In this document: positions 49,944-61,930 of the stretch, piece by piece
How positions within the stretch are numbered: the stretch's first letter is position 1
How the letters are laid out: every line of letters starts with the position of its first letter
Position numbers and translations under genes: made by a program
Source: Malacoraja senta
Taxonomy: Eukaryota
Length of the DNA stretch: 64,000 nucleotides
Assembly: GCA_038087875.1 (NCBI GenBank)
Contig: CM075996.1
Location: 5,830,001 to 5,894,000, forward strand
Reading direction: 5' to 3'
The notes under the pieces: model-generated
What the model was told of the DNA's origin: nothing
Seen by the model: only the letters and a program-made list of their open reading frames with translations
The model's database searches: none

Positions 49944-49980
49944 TGACCCTCACTGGGGGATGGGTCCCACAGACACTGAC
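49145..49980. repeat. Compound array: about 23-bp unit CTGACCCTCACTGGGGGA(T/C)G(G/A)GT separated by variable (CA)n
   Basis: Seven units visible. Confidence 0.95.
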
Positions 49981-50986
49981 TCGCACGGATTCCTGGATAT
50001 CTGTATCGTAATAGTTACATTTCTGAAACCCTTGTGCTTGTTTCACGCTGGTAGTGATGCCCATTGTGGCAAGAGGATGCACGGAGCCTGACTTGTGAGT
50101 GGAGTACAGACTCCATAGACTCTGGCACACAGCAGGGACATAGACACCGACCTGAATCGGGATAGAACCAAGAATAGTTTGCATTTAATACTAGAACACA
50201 GAACAGTGAAAAGTACAGGAGCAGGCCCTTCGGCCCACAATATCTGTGCGGAACATGACCCTAATGTCATCTGCCTGCACATGATCCATGTTGCTCCATT
50301 GTATGTATATGTGATGTACATATCTAAAAATCTCTGAAATGCCACAATCGTATCTGCCTCCACCAGCACCTCTGGCAGTGCCTTCCAGGCATCTACCGCC
50401 CATTGTGTTTTTAAACAAAGCCCAGTCCATCTCCTTTAGACTTTGCCATTTTCACCGTAAACCTACGCCTCTAGTCTTTGACTTTTGACTTCTTTAGTCA
50501 GAGGGTGGAATTCATTGCCACAGATGGCTGTGGAGGCCAAGTCAATGGATATATTTAAGGCGTAGATTGACAGATTCTTGATTAGTGCGGCTGTCAGGGG
50601 TTATGGGGAGAAGGCAGGAAAATGTGGTTGAGAGGGAAAGATAGATCAGCCATGATTGAATGGCGGAGTTCATGTGATTGTCCGAATGGCCTAATTCTGC
50701 ACCTATGACCTATGAACTTTTCCACCTTTGAAAACAAAGGCTCTGACTATCTACCCTATCTATGCCTCTCATAATACAGTACCTATACCCTGTAGTACCA
50801 ATGTTTAAAATTGCCAGAGATAGACACAAAGTGCTGGAGTAACTCAACAGGACAGCCAGCTTCTCTGAAGAAAAAGGCCAAACCCTTAGTTACCAATGTT
50901 GTGTCTATTCTCTTACTTTCCCTCGAGTGGGAATGATTTGATGCGCGGCGGGATTTACACAACGCTCTGCCTTTCCCTGTCTCCAG

Positions 50987-51114
50987 CCATGGCATTTGCC
51001 GTGTCTCCAATCCTCGACCATCATTCCCTGCTGCCAGTGGACTCCCTGCAAAGTCTGTCGCCGCTGCCATCTCCAGGCTCGAGGCAGCCAACGGCTCACT
51101 ATGGGCCGCTCCTG
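50987..51114 (+). CDS. PLEKHA4: PLEKHA4 exon (MAFAVSPILDHHSLLPVDSLQSLSPLPSPGSRQPTAHYGPLL)
   Basis: ctccag|CC ... CTG|gtgagt, 128 bp; phase 1/0 bridges its neighbours. Confidence 0.75.
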
Positions 51115-51474
51115 GTGAGTGAGATCATGCAGCTGGAGGAAATGGACCCCTTTTAGCAAACCTTTCCTTCACCACCTACAGGTATGGCGTATTGACAATG
51201 CTTTGTCCATGAAGGTAGGTGGGAGCCTGTTGGATAGGTAGGTGTTTCCTGCTTGATTAGTCAGGGTTTCTGGGGTTATGGGTCATTAGTAAGGGTGTCA
51301 AGGGTTATGAAGAGAAGGCAGGAGAATGTGGTTGAGAGGGAAAGATAGATCAGCCATGACTGAATGGCAGAGTAGACTTGATGGGCCGAATGATAAGCAA
51401 CAAATAAAGATATTTGTTGCTTATCATTTTACAAAACAAGTGGAGAAATAACAAATTTTTTGGCCACAGATTTC

Positions 51475-52180
51475 TTTTTATTTATTTATTTATTTAAAAA
51501 AATATTTTTATTTTATTAGAAGTAAGTACAATTGTATACAATCATATTTTCATAATACCTTTTATGTACAGCTTCTTATTTTAAAAAAAATTTGAAATAA
51601 AGAAGAAAAATAAAAAAGTTAGGTAATGAAAAATAGAAAAATGTGAGATATATGGTGTGTGAAAAAGAAAAATAAAGAATGAAAAAAGAAAGTTGAGACA
51701 TAGAAAATAGAAGAAAGAGAATAAAAGAAGAGAAGAGAAGAAAAGAAAATAGAAGGAGATCATTTATAATCTTGACCATCCCCAGTCACGGATTAGCTTT
51801 TACACTTGTGTTGCACCATATGTTTCCAAAAAGACGACAAATGGAGACCAACTCGTTATGAATTGGTCAAATTTATCTATTAGGAGGAATCGCATTTCCT
51901 CAAGATGTGCGGTATCCAACATACTTGCAATCCACATTTTGAGCGTTGGTATTGGTGTATTTTTCCAAAATTTCAATATTAATTTTTTTGCTATTATTAA
52001 ACCATAATTAAAAATTGACTTTTCAGATGAGTTCAATTTGTTCCCGTCTTCCATTACCCCAAATATAATCAATTCATTATTGGGTTCCATTTTTGTCTTA
52101 AATAATTTTGTAAATATTTCGAAAATATCACTCCAAAATCCATGAAGTTTTATACAAGAAACAAAAGAGTGTGTTATAGA
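51475..52180 (-). mobile_element. L1-clade LINE 3' fragment
   Basis: IAKKLILKFWKNTPIPTLKMWI...FITSWSPF is a fish-type L1 ORF2 C-terminus; A-rich tail at the left end. Confidence 0.8.
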
Positions 52181-52736
52181 ATGGCCTAATACTAGATGGT
52201 TTTTTAGCTGCCAAGGGGATAAGGGGCTACGGGGAGAGGGCAGGGATATGGACCTAGGTATGGTTAGTATAGTAAGACCTGAGTGATCTCCTGGACAAGT
52301 GTCGATCGCCTGGATTGGGGTCGGAGAGGAATTTCCCGGATTTTTTTCCCGAATTGGACCTGGGTTTTTATCCGGTTTTTTGCCTCCCCCAGGAGATCAC
52401 GCGGTTCTTGGGGTGGAGAGGGGTGATAGCGATATAAAGGGGAGGGTAGTGTCTTGTGTTCTGTGTCTTGTGTCTACTGTTTGTGGGTAAGGGTGTCTGT
52501 TTAGTGTTCAGCCATGAGCGAATGGCGGTGCGGGCTCGATGGGCCTGGTGGTCTACTCTCGCACCTACTTTCTATGTTTCTATGTAATACTGCTCCTATA
52601 ACTTATGAACAGGTGTGATTTGGAAAAAAATGGTGGCCAGAATAGGGTTAAGGACTGTAGCCAAGATAAAGTCACCAGGGAGATATGTGGAGAGGTGGAT
52701 AGTGGAGTTGGAGATTACAAAAAGATAGCTATGAAT

Positions 52737-53005
52737 GGTGGCGCAGCGGTAGAGTTGCTGCCTTACAGCGCCAGAGACTGGTTTGATCCTGACTGCGGGT
52801 GCTGTCTGTACGGAGTTTGTACGTTCTCCCCGTGACCTGCGTGGGTTTTCTCTGGGTGTTCCAGTTTCCTCCCACACTCCAAGGACGGACAGGTTTGTAG
52901 GTGAATTGGCTTGGTGAAATTGGTGTGTAAGACGGTGTTAATGTACAGGGATCGCTGGTCGGCGCGGATGGGCCTGTTTCCGCGCTGTATCTCTGAACTA
53001 AACTA
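52737..53005 (+). mobile_element. V-SINE/HE1-type SINE
   Basis: TGGCGCAGCGG A-box, GGTTTGATCC B-box-like motif, (CTAAA)n tail. Confidence 0.8.
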
Positions 53006-53308
53006 AAGGATGGATCATCGTGGAAGAGAAGTTAGTAAGTGGCACAGTGGGGAGATGACGGGCCGATGGGGTCAGAGTAGGGTGGGGATAATGGGGAGGA
53101 GATTGCAGACGGGGTGGGGACAATGGGGAGAGATGGCGGGCGGGCGGAGACAATGGTAAGGAATGTTGGGTGGGAAAATTGGTGGATGGGTTGTGGATGG
53201 TGGGAAGAAGATGGTGCATGGGATAAGATGGGGTGAGACGGAGGGCGGGCAAGAGATGCTAGTCCCTAATTCCTTTCTTTATTGTTCCTTGGGGCCCTCC
53301 CGCTGCAG

Positions 53309-53485
53309 GGAGTGGAGGATGCCCCATGTCGGCCACCCCTCCCCCAGGGGCCGCATCACGATGAGCGTACCCCCTCTGTCCGCGTGGAGACTGAAGCGGC
53401 ATCACCGGTAGCCCAGAGGGAACAGAAGCGCCAGGATCAGGGCGATCTCCAGCCTGACCCCTCCGTGACAAACGGACAATACAAG
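53309..53485 (+). CDS. PLEKHA4: PLEKHA4 exon (GVEDAPCRPPLPQ...SVTNGQYK)
   Basis: ctgcag|GGA ... AAG|gtaaca, 177 bp; EDAPxRPPLP family motif. Confidence 0.82.
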
Positions 53486-53886
53486 GTAACACCGTCTGCA
53501 TCACAATCAAAGAGAGACACAAAAAGCTGGAGCAACTCGGCGGGTCAGACAGCATCTCTCGAGAAAAGGAATAGGTGATGTTTCGGGTCGAGACCCTTCT
53601 CCAGAGATGTTGCCTGACCCGCTGGAGTTATTCCAGCTTTTTGTGTCTATCTTCAGATTAAACCAGCATCTGCGGTTACTTCCTATGCATTACAACCATC
53701 TCCTGTGCCCAATTCCATTTTGAAGGTACCTGTGGAATCTGCTTCCATCACCCTCTCAGGCCCCACGCCCAACAAGTCACTGCATGAATGGATATCTCAT
53801 CCCCTCTCTCTGTTGCCGGTCCCCTTCTGTCTGTGAGCCTCAAGCACCAATCCCCTTGCCACTGGGAACGCATTCCCCCAAACTCT

Positions 53887-54197
53887 TAGTTTAGTTTAGA
53901 GATACAGTTCGGAAACAGGCCCTCCGGCCCACCGAGTCCGCAGCGACCAGAGATCCCCGCACACTAACGCTAACACTATCCTACACACACTAGGAACAAT
54001 TTGCATTTATACCAAAGCCAATTAACCTACCAACCTGTACGTCATTGGAGTGTGGGTGGAAACCGGAGCACCCGGAGAAAACCCACGCAGGTCACGGGGA
54101 GAACGTACAAACTCGGTACAGACAGCGCCCGTAGTCAGGATCGAAGCCGGGTCTCTGGCGCTGTGAGGCAGCAACTCTACCGCTGTGCCACCGTGCC
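53887..54197 (-). mobile_element. V-SINE/HE1-type SINE (full length)
   Basis: Complete copy. Confidence 0.8.
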
Positions 54198-54380
54198 ACC
54201 TTGGTGGTTTTTGGAACAACAATCCCGGCAACTCCTCTGGAAAGATATTTGTTGCTTATCATTTTACAAAACAAGTGGAGAAATAACAATTTTTTGGGCC
54301 ACAGATGTCTAAGATGCTTAAAAGCTAAGAGTGTGTCTTGAAACGTTTAATTGTGCCATGATCTGTCGTTAAATCGTCAG

Positions 54381-54545
54381 GAGCAACTGGAGTTGACCAT
54401 CGGGGGTCCAGGGAGGAGACCGAGGATGAGCGCGGAGGAGCAGATGGAGAGGATGAAGCGGCACCTCCAAGCCCGGAGCCAGGACAGGGACAGAACCAGG
54501 ACAGCCAGAGCAGCCCAGAGGAGCGTCGTGGCGTCGCCAGCTTTG
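54381..54545 (+). CDS. PLEKHA4: PLEKHA4 exon (EQLELTIGGPGRRPRMSAEEQMERMKRH...)
   Basis: cgtcag|GAG ... TTG|gtgggt, 165 bp; RPRMSAxEQxERM motif. The donor is less certain. Confidence 0.85.
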
Positions 54546-56639
54546 GTGGGTGCAGCCCAGCCTATCGCCATCACTGTAGGGTGACCACATCCAGTCTCTG
54601 CTGGCATTGGCGGTACCAGGCTGTACCCGCCCGTCTCACTGAGACGACCATCTCCTTCTTCCCAAATAACCAAAGGTTCAGCTGGCAGAGCTGTGTAGGA
54701 AGGAACTGCAGATGCTGGTTTAAACCGAAGATAGACACAAAATGCTGGAGTAACTCAGCTGGGACAGGCAGCGTCTCTGGAGAGAAGGAATGGGTGACAT
54801 TTCGGGTCTGAAGAAGGGTCCCGACCCGAAACGTCACCCATTCCTTCTCTCCAGAGATACTGCCTGTCCCAGCTGAGTTACTCCAGCATTTTGTGTCTCG
54901 ACGCTCCGGCAACCCCCGAGTTTGATCCAGACCTCGGGCGCTCTCTGTGTGGAGTTTGCACGTTCTCCCTGTGGTGGCCTCGAGGGTTTCCTCCCAGTGT
55001 TCCGGTTTTCTCTCACATCTCATTGTGGCTGCTGTAAATTGGTCCTAATCTCGGTGGTTAGCAAGAGGATCCGTAGAAGGGTATTAAAATGGGCATGTGT
55101 GAGGGAACTGACTGAAGAGGAACAAGAGGATGGATGGCGTTACTCTGGGAGGCATATGGGTTAGATGGACCGAAATTGGTCTCATGTGTTATCAGGTAAT
55201 GTAAAGGGCCTGTCCCACTTACGCGGGTTTTTTCGGCGACCCGTCATAGTCGCAGCAGGTGGCCGAAAATGTTCAACATGTTGAAAATCAAGCGGCGACC
55301 AGGAAAAGGTACAACTCTTAGGGCAACTACTCACCACCGTACAGGAGTCACCTCCATACAGGAGTCACCACCATACAGGAGGCACCTTGCGATTTGCCAA
55401 ATCCCTCCAAACCTTTCCTATCCATGTAACTGTCCAAGAGTCTTTTAAATGGTGTTAAAGTACCTGCCTCAACTACCTCCTCTGGCAACTCATTCCATCT
55501 AGCCACCAGCCTCAGAGTGAAAGGTTTGCCCCTCAGGTTCCTATCAAATCTTGCCTCACTCGCCTTAATCCTGTGCCCTCTGGTTCTTGATTCCCCTACT
55601 CTGGGTAAAAGACTGTGCCCTCACCCTGTCCCTTGCTGCAGCTTAACAGGCCCGTTAACACAGTAACACACAGGAATATATAATAATCAACACTATACTA
55701 AATTAATAGCCATTATACTAGGTAGCCATGACAGTGCAACTAAGGACAGGGTCTATAGAAGATCATAGATGTTGAGGTAGTGGTTGATGCTGAGCCTGAT
55801 GGTTGATAGAAGGAAGATGTTTAGACTCTGTTATGAGCTAATGTCCTGATCTTTCCATGTTCCATTCCAATGGTCGGCGCCTTTGGAGAATGCTGGGAGC
55901 TATCTGAGTTTAGCCTTTAGTTTAGTTTCGTGTGGGGATCGTCAACCAGCGATCCCCTCGCACGCTTAACATTATGTGAAGGAGCAGGCAGGAGAATGGG
56001 GTCAGGAGGGAGAGATAGATCAGCCATGATTGAATGGCGGAGTAAACATAGAAACATAGAAAATAGGTGCAGGAGTAGGCCATTCGGCCCTTCGAGCCTG
56101 CACCGCCATTTGATATGATCATGGCTGATCATCCAACTCAGTATCCCATCCCTGCCTTCTCTCCATACCCCCTGATCCCTTTAGCCACAAGGGCCACATC
56201 TAACTCCCTCTTAAATATAGCCAATGAACTGGCCTCAACTACCTTCTGTGGAGTAGACTTGATGGGCCGAATGGCCTAATTCTGCTCCTATCACTTATGA
56301 CCTTATGAACACCATCCTACACACTAGGGATAATTGTTTTCACCAAAGCCAATTAACCTACAAACATGTACGTCTTTGGAGTGCGGAAGGAAACTGGAGC
56401 TCCCAGAAATAATCCATGCAGGTCACAGGGAGAACATACAAACTCCGTACAGACAGCACCCATAGTCGGGATCGAATCCAGGTCTCTGGCGCTGTAAGGC
56501 AGCAACTAACCCCCACGCCGAGTGTTTGCTCTGAAGGGAATTGTGACGAATGGAAAACATGACCCTTGTGCCTTTGTTTTGAATTTTGTTAACCTAGAAT
56601 AAGACAGTTAGGGATTGCCTGATGAGGACGTACGTTCCC

Positions 56640-57122
56640 CCTGTTATGGGAAAGTTGTTGTCAAACATGAAAGGGTTCCGAGAAGATTTACCAGGATGTT
56701 GCCAGGACTCGCGGGTTTGAGCGAACGGGAGAAGTTGAGCAGGCGAGGATATTATTCCTTGGAATGCTGGAGAATGTGGAGTGATCTTATAGAAGTCCAC
56801 AAGATCATGAGAGGAATAGATCGGAAAAGTGCACAGAGAAGGGGAATTGAGAAGCAGAGGACACAGGTTTAAGGTGAGGGGGGAAAGATTTAATGGGAAC
56901 CTGAGGGGTAACTTTTTTACACAAAGGGTGTTGGGTGTATGGAACAAGCTGCCAGAGGAGATGGTTGAGGCAGGAACGATCGCAACATTTCAGAAATATT
57001 TAGACAGGTACATGGATAGGATTGCTTTAGTGGGATATAGGCCAAAAGCAGGTAGATGGGACATGTTGGTCGGCATGGGCAAGTTGGGCCAGAGAGACCG
57101 TTTCCATGCTGTATGACTCTAT
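56640..57122 (+). mobile_element. Older CR1 LINE 3' fragment
   Basis: RRFTRMLPG...RGHRFKVRGERF...FFTQRVLGVWNKLP. Confidence 0.8.
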
Positions 57123-57148
57123 GGCTTAATCTCCTGTTCAATTGACAG

Positions 57149-57439
57149 AGGGGACCAGTGACGGAGCAGAAGTCGGGGATTCCAGGACCCCACCCAGGGA
57201 TCTTTCTGGGCAAAAGACCACAGACCAGCCATTTGTCGTGGTCCCCGCTCACTACCAGCGCGGTGTCCTCACAAACCAGCCCTGGAAACAGCCCCACTGT
57301 CAGGGCACAGGCCGCAACAACGGAGACACCGGGCGCACCGAGCGTGGTCACGTCAAGCAAGCTGGTGACAAAGATACTGCCACCTCCCGCAAGGGTGGAG
57401 AACCGGACGAGGGAAAACAACCGCTTGGTCAGAAAAGAG
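57149..57439 (+). CDS. PLEKHA4: Probable PLEKHA4 low-complexity exon (RGPVTEQKSG...ENNRLVRKE)
   Basis: tgacag|AGG ... GAG|gtaaga, 291 bp, open, phase 0/0; no recognised homology. Confidence 0.65.
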
Positions 57440-58770
57440 GTAAGAGTATTCCCGCGGCTGGGACCACATCCCCGAGCCCGTTCCCCAGCCCGACCAGATC
57501 AGGAAGCTCTCATCTGAGGCTTCAGCCACAACACAAACACCACAACCCCCGCCACTGAGGGTGGACTGTATTTGGTTTAGTTTTGGTAGACAGAAGTGCT
57601 GGAGAAACTCAGCGGTTGCAGCAGCATCTATGGAGCGAAGGAAATAGGCAACGTTTTGGGCCGAAACCCTTCTTCAGACCCAACAGACTGGTTTAGTTTA
57701 GTTTAGAGATACAGCACGGAAACGGGCCCTTCGGCCCGCGCAGTCCACCGATATCCCCCTACACTGGCACTATCCTACACACACTAGGGACAATTTACAA
57801 TTTTACCAAAACCAATTAACCTACAAAACTGCATGTCTTTGGTGTGTGGGAGGAAACCGGAGCACCCGGAGAAAACCCACGCGGTTCAAGGTTCAAGGTT
57901 CAAGGTCAGTTTATTGTCACATGTACCAATTAAGGTACAGTGAAATTCAGATTGACATGCAGTCACACCAATAAAGAGCAACAAGACACATGTTGATTCC
58001 TAGGTCCAGGAGTTTGGAGATGAGTTTGGGTGTGAATATGGTGTTGAAGGTGGAGCTGTAGTCGATAGCTTCTCAGAAATCTATCCACATTGGCTGCTAT
58101 CTCCCTCTGGTGGTTAAGGTCCACTCTCAGCTGCATGGTTGCTCCCAGTTTGTTCTTCACTCCAATCCAGGCGGTCTTGTGAAAACATCAGCCTTCCTGA
58201 CAGCTGGAATTGTCTCCTAAAAACCACACGGCTTAGGATCTAACCTCGACTCCTGAAAAATCCTGTCACGGAATGCTGAGTGGTTACTCCTACAAGACAT
58301 GTTTCAATTCTGAAATTTTACTCCCACTTATCTGCCCCTCTTCTCAGTTCACTGCCTTTAATTCCTTGATTCTTTGAGCTAACGTTAACCAATAAGCACT
58401 GCTGGAGACACAAGGAACTGTAGATGCTGGTTTACAACAAAAAAAAGGTATGAAGTGCTGGAGTAACTCAACGGCTCAGGCAGAATCTCTGGAGATCATG
58501 GATAAGTAACGTTTCACTTCAGGACCCTTCAGACTCTGGAGAAGGATCCCGACCCGAAACGTCACCCACCCGTGTTCTCCAGGGATGCTCCCTGGCCCGC
58601 TGAGTTACTTTTTTTAAGCACCGCTGAATGACTTTTTGTTATTTGTTTACGGCCATGTCTGGCCTAGCAGGTCTGGTTCCCCACTGTGAGAAGATAAGAG
58701 AGTATTTTTGAATCTTTGTCAGCGTGGCGACTCTTTGCAAGGGGGACAACCCCTGGGCGACCGCCTAGGT

Positions 58771-59131
58771 CAGGGGTCGGCAACTTACGGCCCAGGGGCC
58801 GGATCCGGCCCGTAAAACAGAAATCATCCGGCCCGCAGGCGATTTTTTTTTTCAATTTGTTTTCGCGACCTGGGAACTGCAGCTAGTCCCGGGGACGCGA
58901 GCTGATCTGGGAACTGCAGCTTGTCCCGGGGCAGGCGAGCCGACCTGGGCAATACAGCCAGTCCCGGGGCAGGCGAGCCGACCTGGGAACTGCAGAAAAC
59001 TAATTGAAAAACACATGAAAACTAATGCGAAAAACAACACCAAGTGTCACCCTACGGCGATAGATGTGGCCCCCCATCCGCTCACAGACATGGGTCCGGG
59101 CCCCTATGCAGAACAAGGTTGCCGACTCCTG
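58771..59131. mobile_element. hAT/Charlie-type MITE
   Basis: TIR CAGGGGTCGGCAAC / GTTGCCGACTCCTG; 8-bp TSD GCCTAGGT; internal repeats of about 36 bp. Confidence 0.88.
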
Positions 59132-59458
59132 GCCTAGGTGAAGCCTGCTGTATGATTCTATCGAATTTTATGCAAAAACACGGAATTTCACTGTACATGT
59201 GACAATAAATTTTCATTCATGTTTTATTTCTATTTCCCACGTTCACCAGCCCCTCATGTCCCCCGTTTATTGTTGCCTCTCTCCTCTCCGAGTCAGCTTC
59301 CCGGCCCACCTGTTTGTAACAGTGGGGGGGCTGAGTGAGTGTGAGAAAGGATAAGAATGGGTGTACAAGTGTTTTAATAGAGTGAACACGTGCGTGTGGC
59401 CGCACTGATCTTCACTGTGTGTCCGTACACACCCACCAGATGCAACTTTTGTTTTCAG

Positions 59459-59589
59459 TGTAAACCGAGTCAAGTCACATTGACGTCACGCTACCTTGAT
59501 GTGGACCCTGACCCGCCCTTCAGCCCAGAGCAACTGCAAGAGAAGCAAAGAACACCGGAGGAGGTGAAGACTGTGATCACCAAGGCCAG
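59459..59589 (+). CDS. PLEKHA4: PLEKHA4 exon (CKPSQVTLTSRYLDVDPDPPFSPEQLQEKQRTPEEVKTVITKA)
   Basis: ttcag|TGT ... AG|gtgagg, 131 bp, phase 0/2; resembles the KP.KV.IPERY....P.S.E motif of PLEKHA5/6/7. Confidence 0.85.
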
Positions 59590-60350
59590 GTGAGGAGCGC
59601 TGCAGTGGAGGAGGCTGTTCAGCCCTTCATGCGATGTTCTAACCCTTTGAAACAACTCCCAAATTTCCATCCCTTTCCCCACAACCCTGTTTCCCAAGAA
59701 TATGTCCAATGCCTCTTTGAAATCTATTACTGAACCTGCTTCCTCTTCCCCTAACACTCGCTGCTGCAAGGTGGACAATCCCTGGGTCTCTCCACCTTTC
59801 CTTGATCATCGCTGCTGGCTTTGATTTGTTCTTTTAATACCTCAAATTTCCCTCTCCCCTGTCTGACTCGGTCTGAAGAAGGGTCTCGACCCGAAACGTC
59901 ACCTATTCCTTTTCTCCAGAGATGTTGGCTGACCCGCTTGTGTCCATCTTCAAGGTCGATGCCAAGCTCAGTTCAAGGTCAGGTCAATGCAAGGCCATGG
60001 ATCAAACTAAAGCCCAGTGTTAATCAATGCCCTCTGTAACCCTTTGTTTAACTGTTGTTGCCCAAATGCCAATGGACTTCTGGCTTGGGATGAGGATTGA
60101 TGCTGGTCATTTCACTTGCTCACTTCCAAGTCAAGGAGCTCGTTCTGACCCTTGATGTGCACCAGACCACTCCCTTGCTTCATTAGAGTCATAGAACACT
60201 GAAACAGGCCTCTGGCCCAATGTTCACGGCAACCAAAATACTCCACCCAAGCTCGACCCACCAGCCTGCGATCGACCCAAATCCCTCTAAACCTTTCCTA
60301 TCCATGTACCTATCGAAGTGTTTTTAATACTTCCAACATAGTTTAGATGC

Positions 60351-60655
60351 TAGACACAAAATGCTGGAGTAACTCAGCGGGTCAGGCAGCATCTCTGGAG
60401 AAAAGGAATAGGTGACGTTTCGGGTCGACACCCTTCTTCAGACCAATAGACAATAGGTGGCCCACTCTTGCACCTATTGTCTATTGTCTATTGTCTATTG
60501 GTCTGAAGAAGGGTCTCGACTGAAACGTGGTCTGAAGAAGGGTCTCGACCGAAACGTCACCTATTCCTTTTCTCCAGAGATGCTGTCTGACCCGCTGAGT
60601 TACTACAGCATTTTGTGTCAATCTTTGGTTTAAACCAGCATCTGTAGTTCCTTCA
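60351..60655. mobile_element. Palindromic Penelope-terminal element with hammerhead-like cores (representative of more than 20 copies)
   Basis: Inverted arms ACACAAAATGCTGGAGTAACTCAGCGGGTCAGGCAGCATCTCTGGAG...GACGTTTCGGGTCGA; the same motif ends the Penelope fragment at about 1940-2015. Confidence 0.75.
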
Positions 60656-60931
60656 TACACATGGTTTAGATGTCGTTGATTTCAAGCAGAATCCACTTCG
60701 GCCATGTCTGTCTGTGTCTCCTCACCTGCTCTGATCAACAGAAATAAATGACTCTGCCCCTAATCTGACGGACAATTTACCATCCCAGTCTGGCCTTCAA
60801 GGGAACCTTGGAATTATAAGTAGCTCACCATCAGGCTTGCCTGCTGAGTGCCCGGACCACACATCAGACCCTTCCAGAGAATCACCAGAGGCTTCCTGAT
60901 GCTGCTTTGCACTTCATGTTTCAAAGCACAT

Positions 60932-61212
60932 TGGCACAGCGGTAGAGTTGCTGCCTTACAGCGCCAGAGACCCGGTTTGATCCTGACCTCGGGTGCTCTC
61001 TGTATGGAGTTTGTACGTTCTCCCTGTAACCTGCGTGGGTTTTCTCCGGGTGCTCGGTTTCCCCCCACACTCCAAAGACGTCCATCCAACGAGGTTAATT
61101 GGCTTCGGTAAAATTGTAAATCGACCTAGAGTGTGTAGGATAGTGTTAGTGCGCGGGGATCGCTGGTCGGCGCGGACTCGGTGGGCTGAAAGGCCTGTAT
61201 CTGTACTGTATA
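60932..61212 (+). mobile_element. V-SINE/HE1-type SINE
   Basis: Complete copy. Confidence 0.8.
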
Positions 61213-61930
61213 TCCAAAGACCTCTAATTGCTTAACCCTGCCTACTTGGAGACTCACACTCTGCCACAGAAGGTAGTTGAGGCCAGTTCATTGGCTATAT
61301 TTAAGAGGGAGTTAGATGTGGCCCTTGTGGCTAAAGGGATCAGGGGGTATGGAGAGAAGGCAGGTACAGGATACTGAGTTGGATGATCAGCCATGATCAC
61401 ATTGAATGGCGGTGCAGGCTCGATGGGCCGAATGGCCTACTCCTGCATCTATTTTCTATGTTTCTACTCTCAATAGTTAGATGTTCCTGAGTTAGAGTAG
61501 CCCTTGTACCCATTATCATTGAGAATCATGTCCGGGACATATGGGGTCGGTCAATGTGCTCATTACGAGATATGTTTATAGGCTTTAGGTTTATTATTGT
61601 CACTTGTACCGGGATACAGTGGAAACCTTTGTTTTGCAAGCTCTCCAATCGGCTCATAAATACAATCAAGTCAAACTCTATAGAGCAAAGGGGAAGATAC
61701 AGAGTTCTCAGCGTTATAGCGCAAAGGTTCCAGAGAGAAAAGAATGCTTCCTCTACATATTAATTGGATTCTGCTCCCTGTAAAGTGGACTGAGTGCCAG
61801 GTTAGATTGGCCTGAGCATTCCTCTTACCCCCAGCTCCAACCCTGACCTGCTCTTGCAATATTTCCTGCCCCTTTCCAGTTCCAGAGAGGATCCCGCATC
61901 CTGCCCCTGACTATCTCTTTGTGATTTTAG

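Noticed and set aside
49145..49980. CRISPR-like repeat-spacer appearance
   Set aside because: Spacers are (CA)n of very variable length, the context is a eukaryotic intron, and there are no cas genes.
52737..52810. tRNA gene
   Set aside because: It is the tRNA-derived head of a multi-copy SINE, with no complete cloverleaf.
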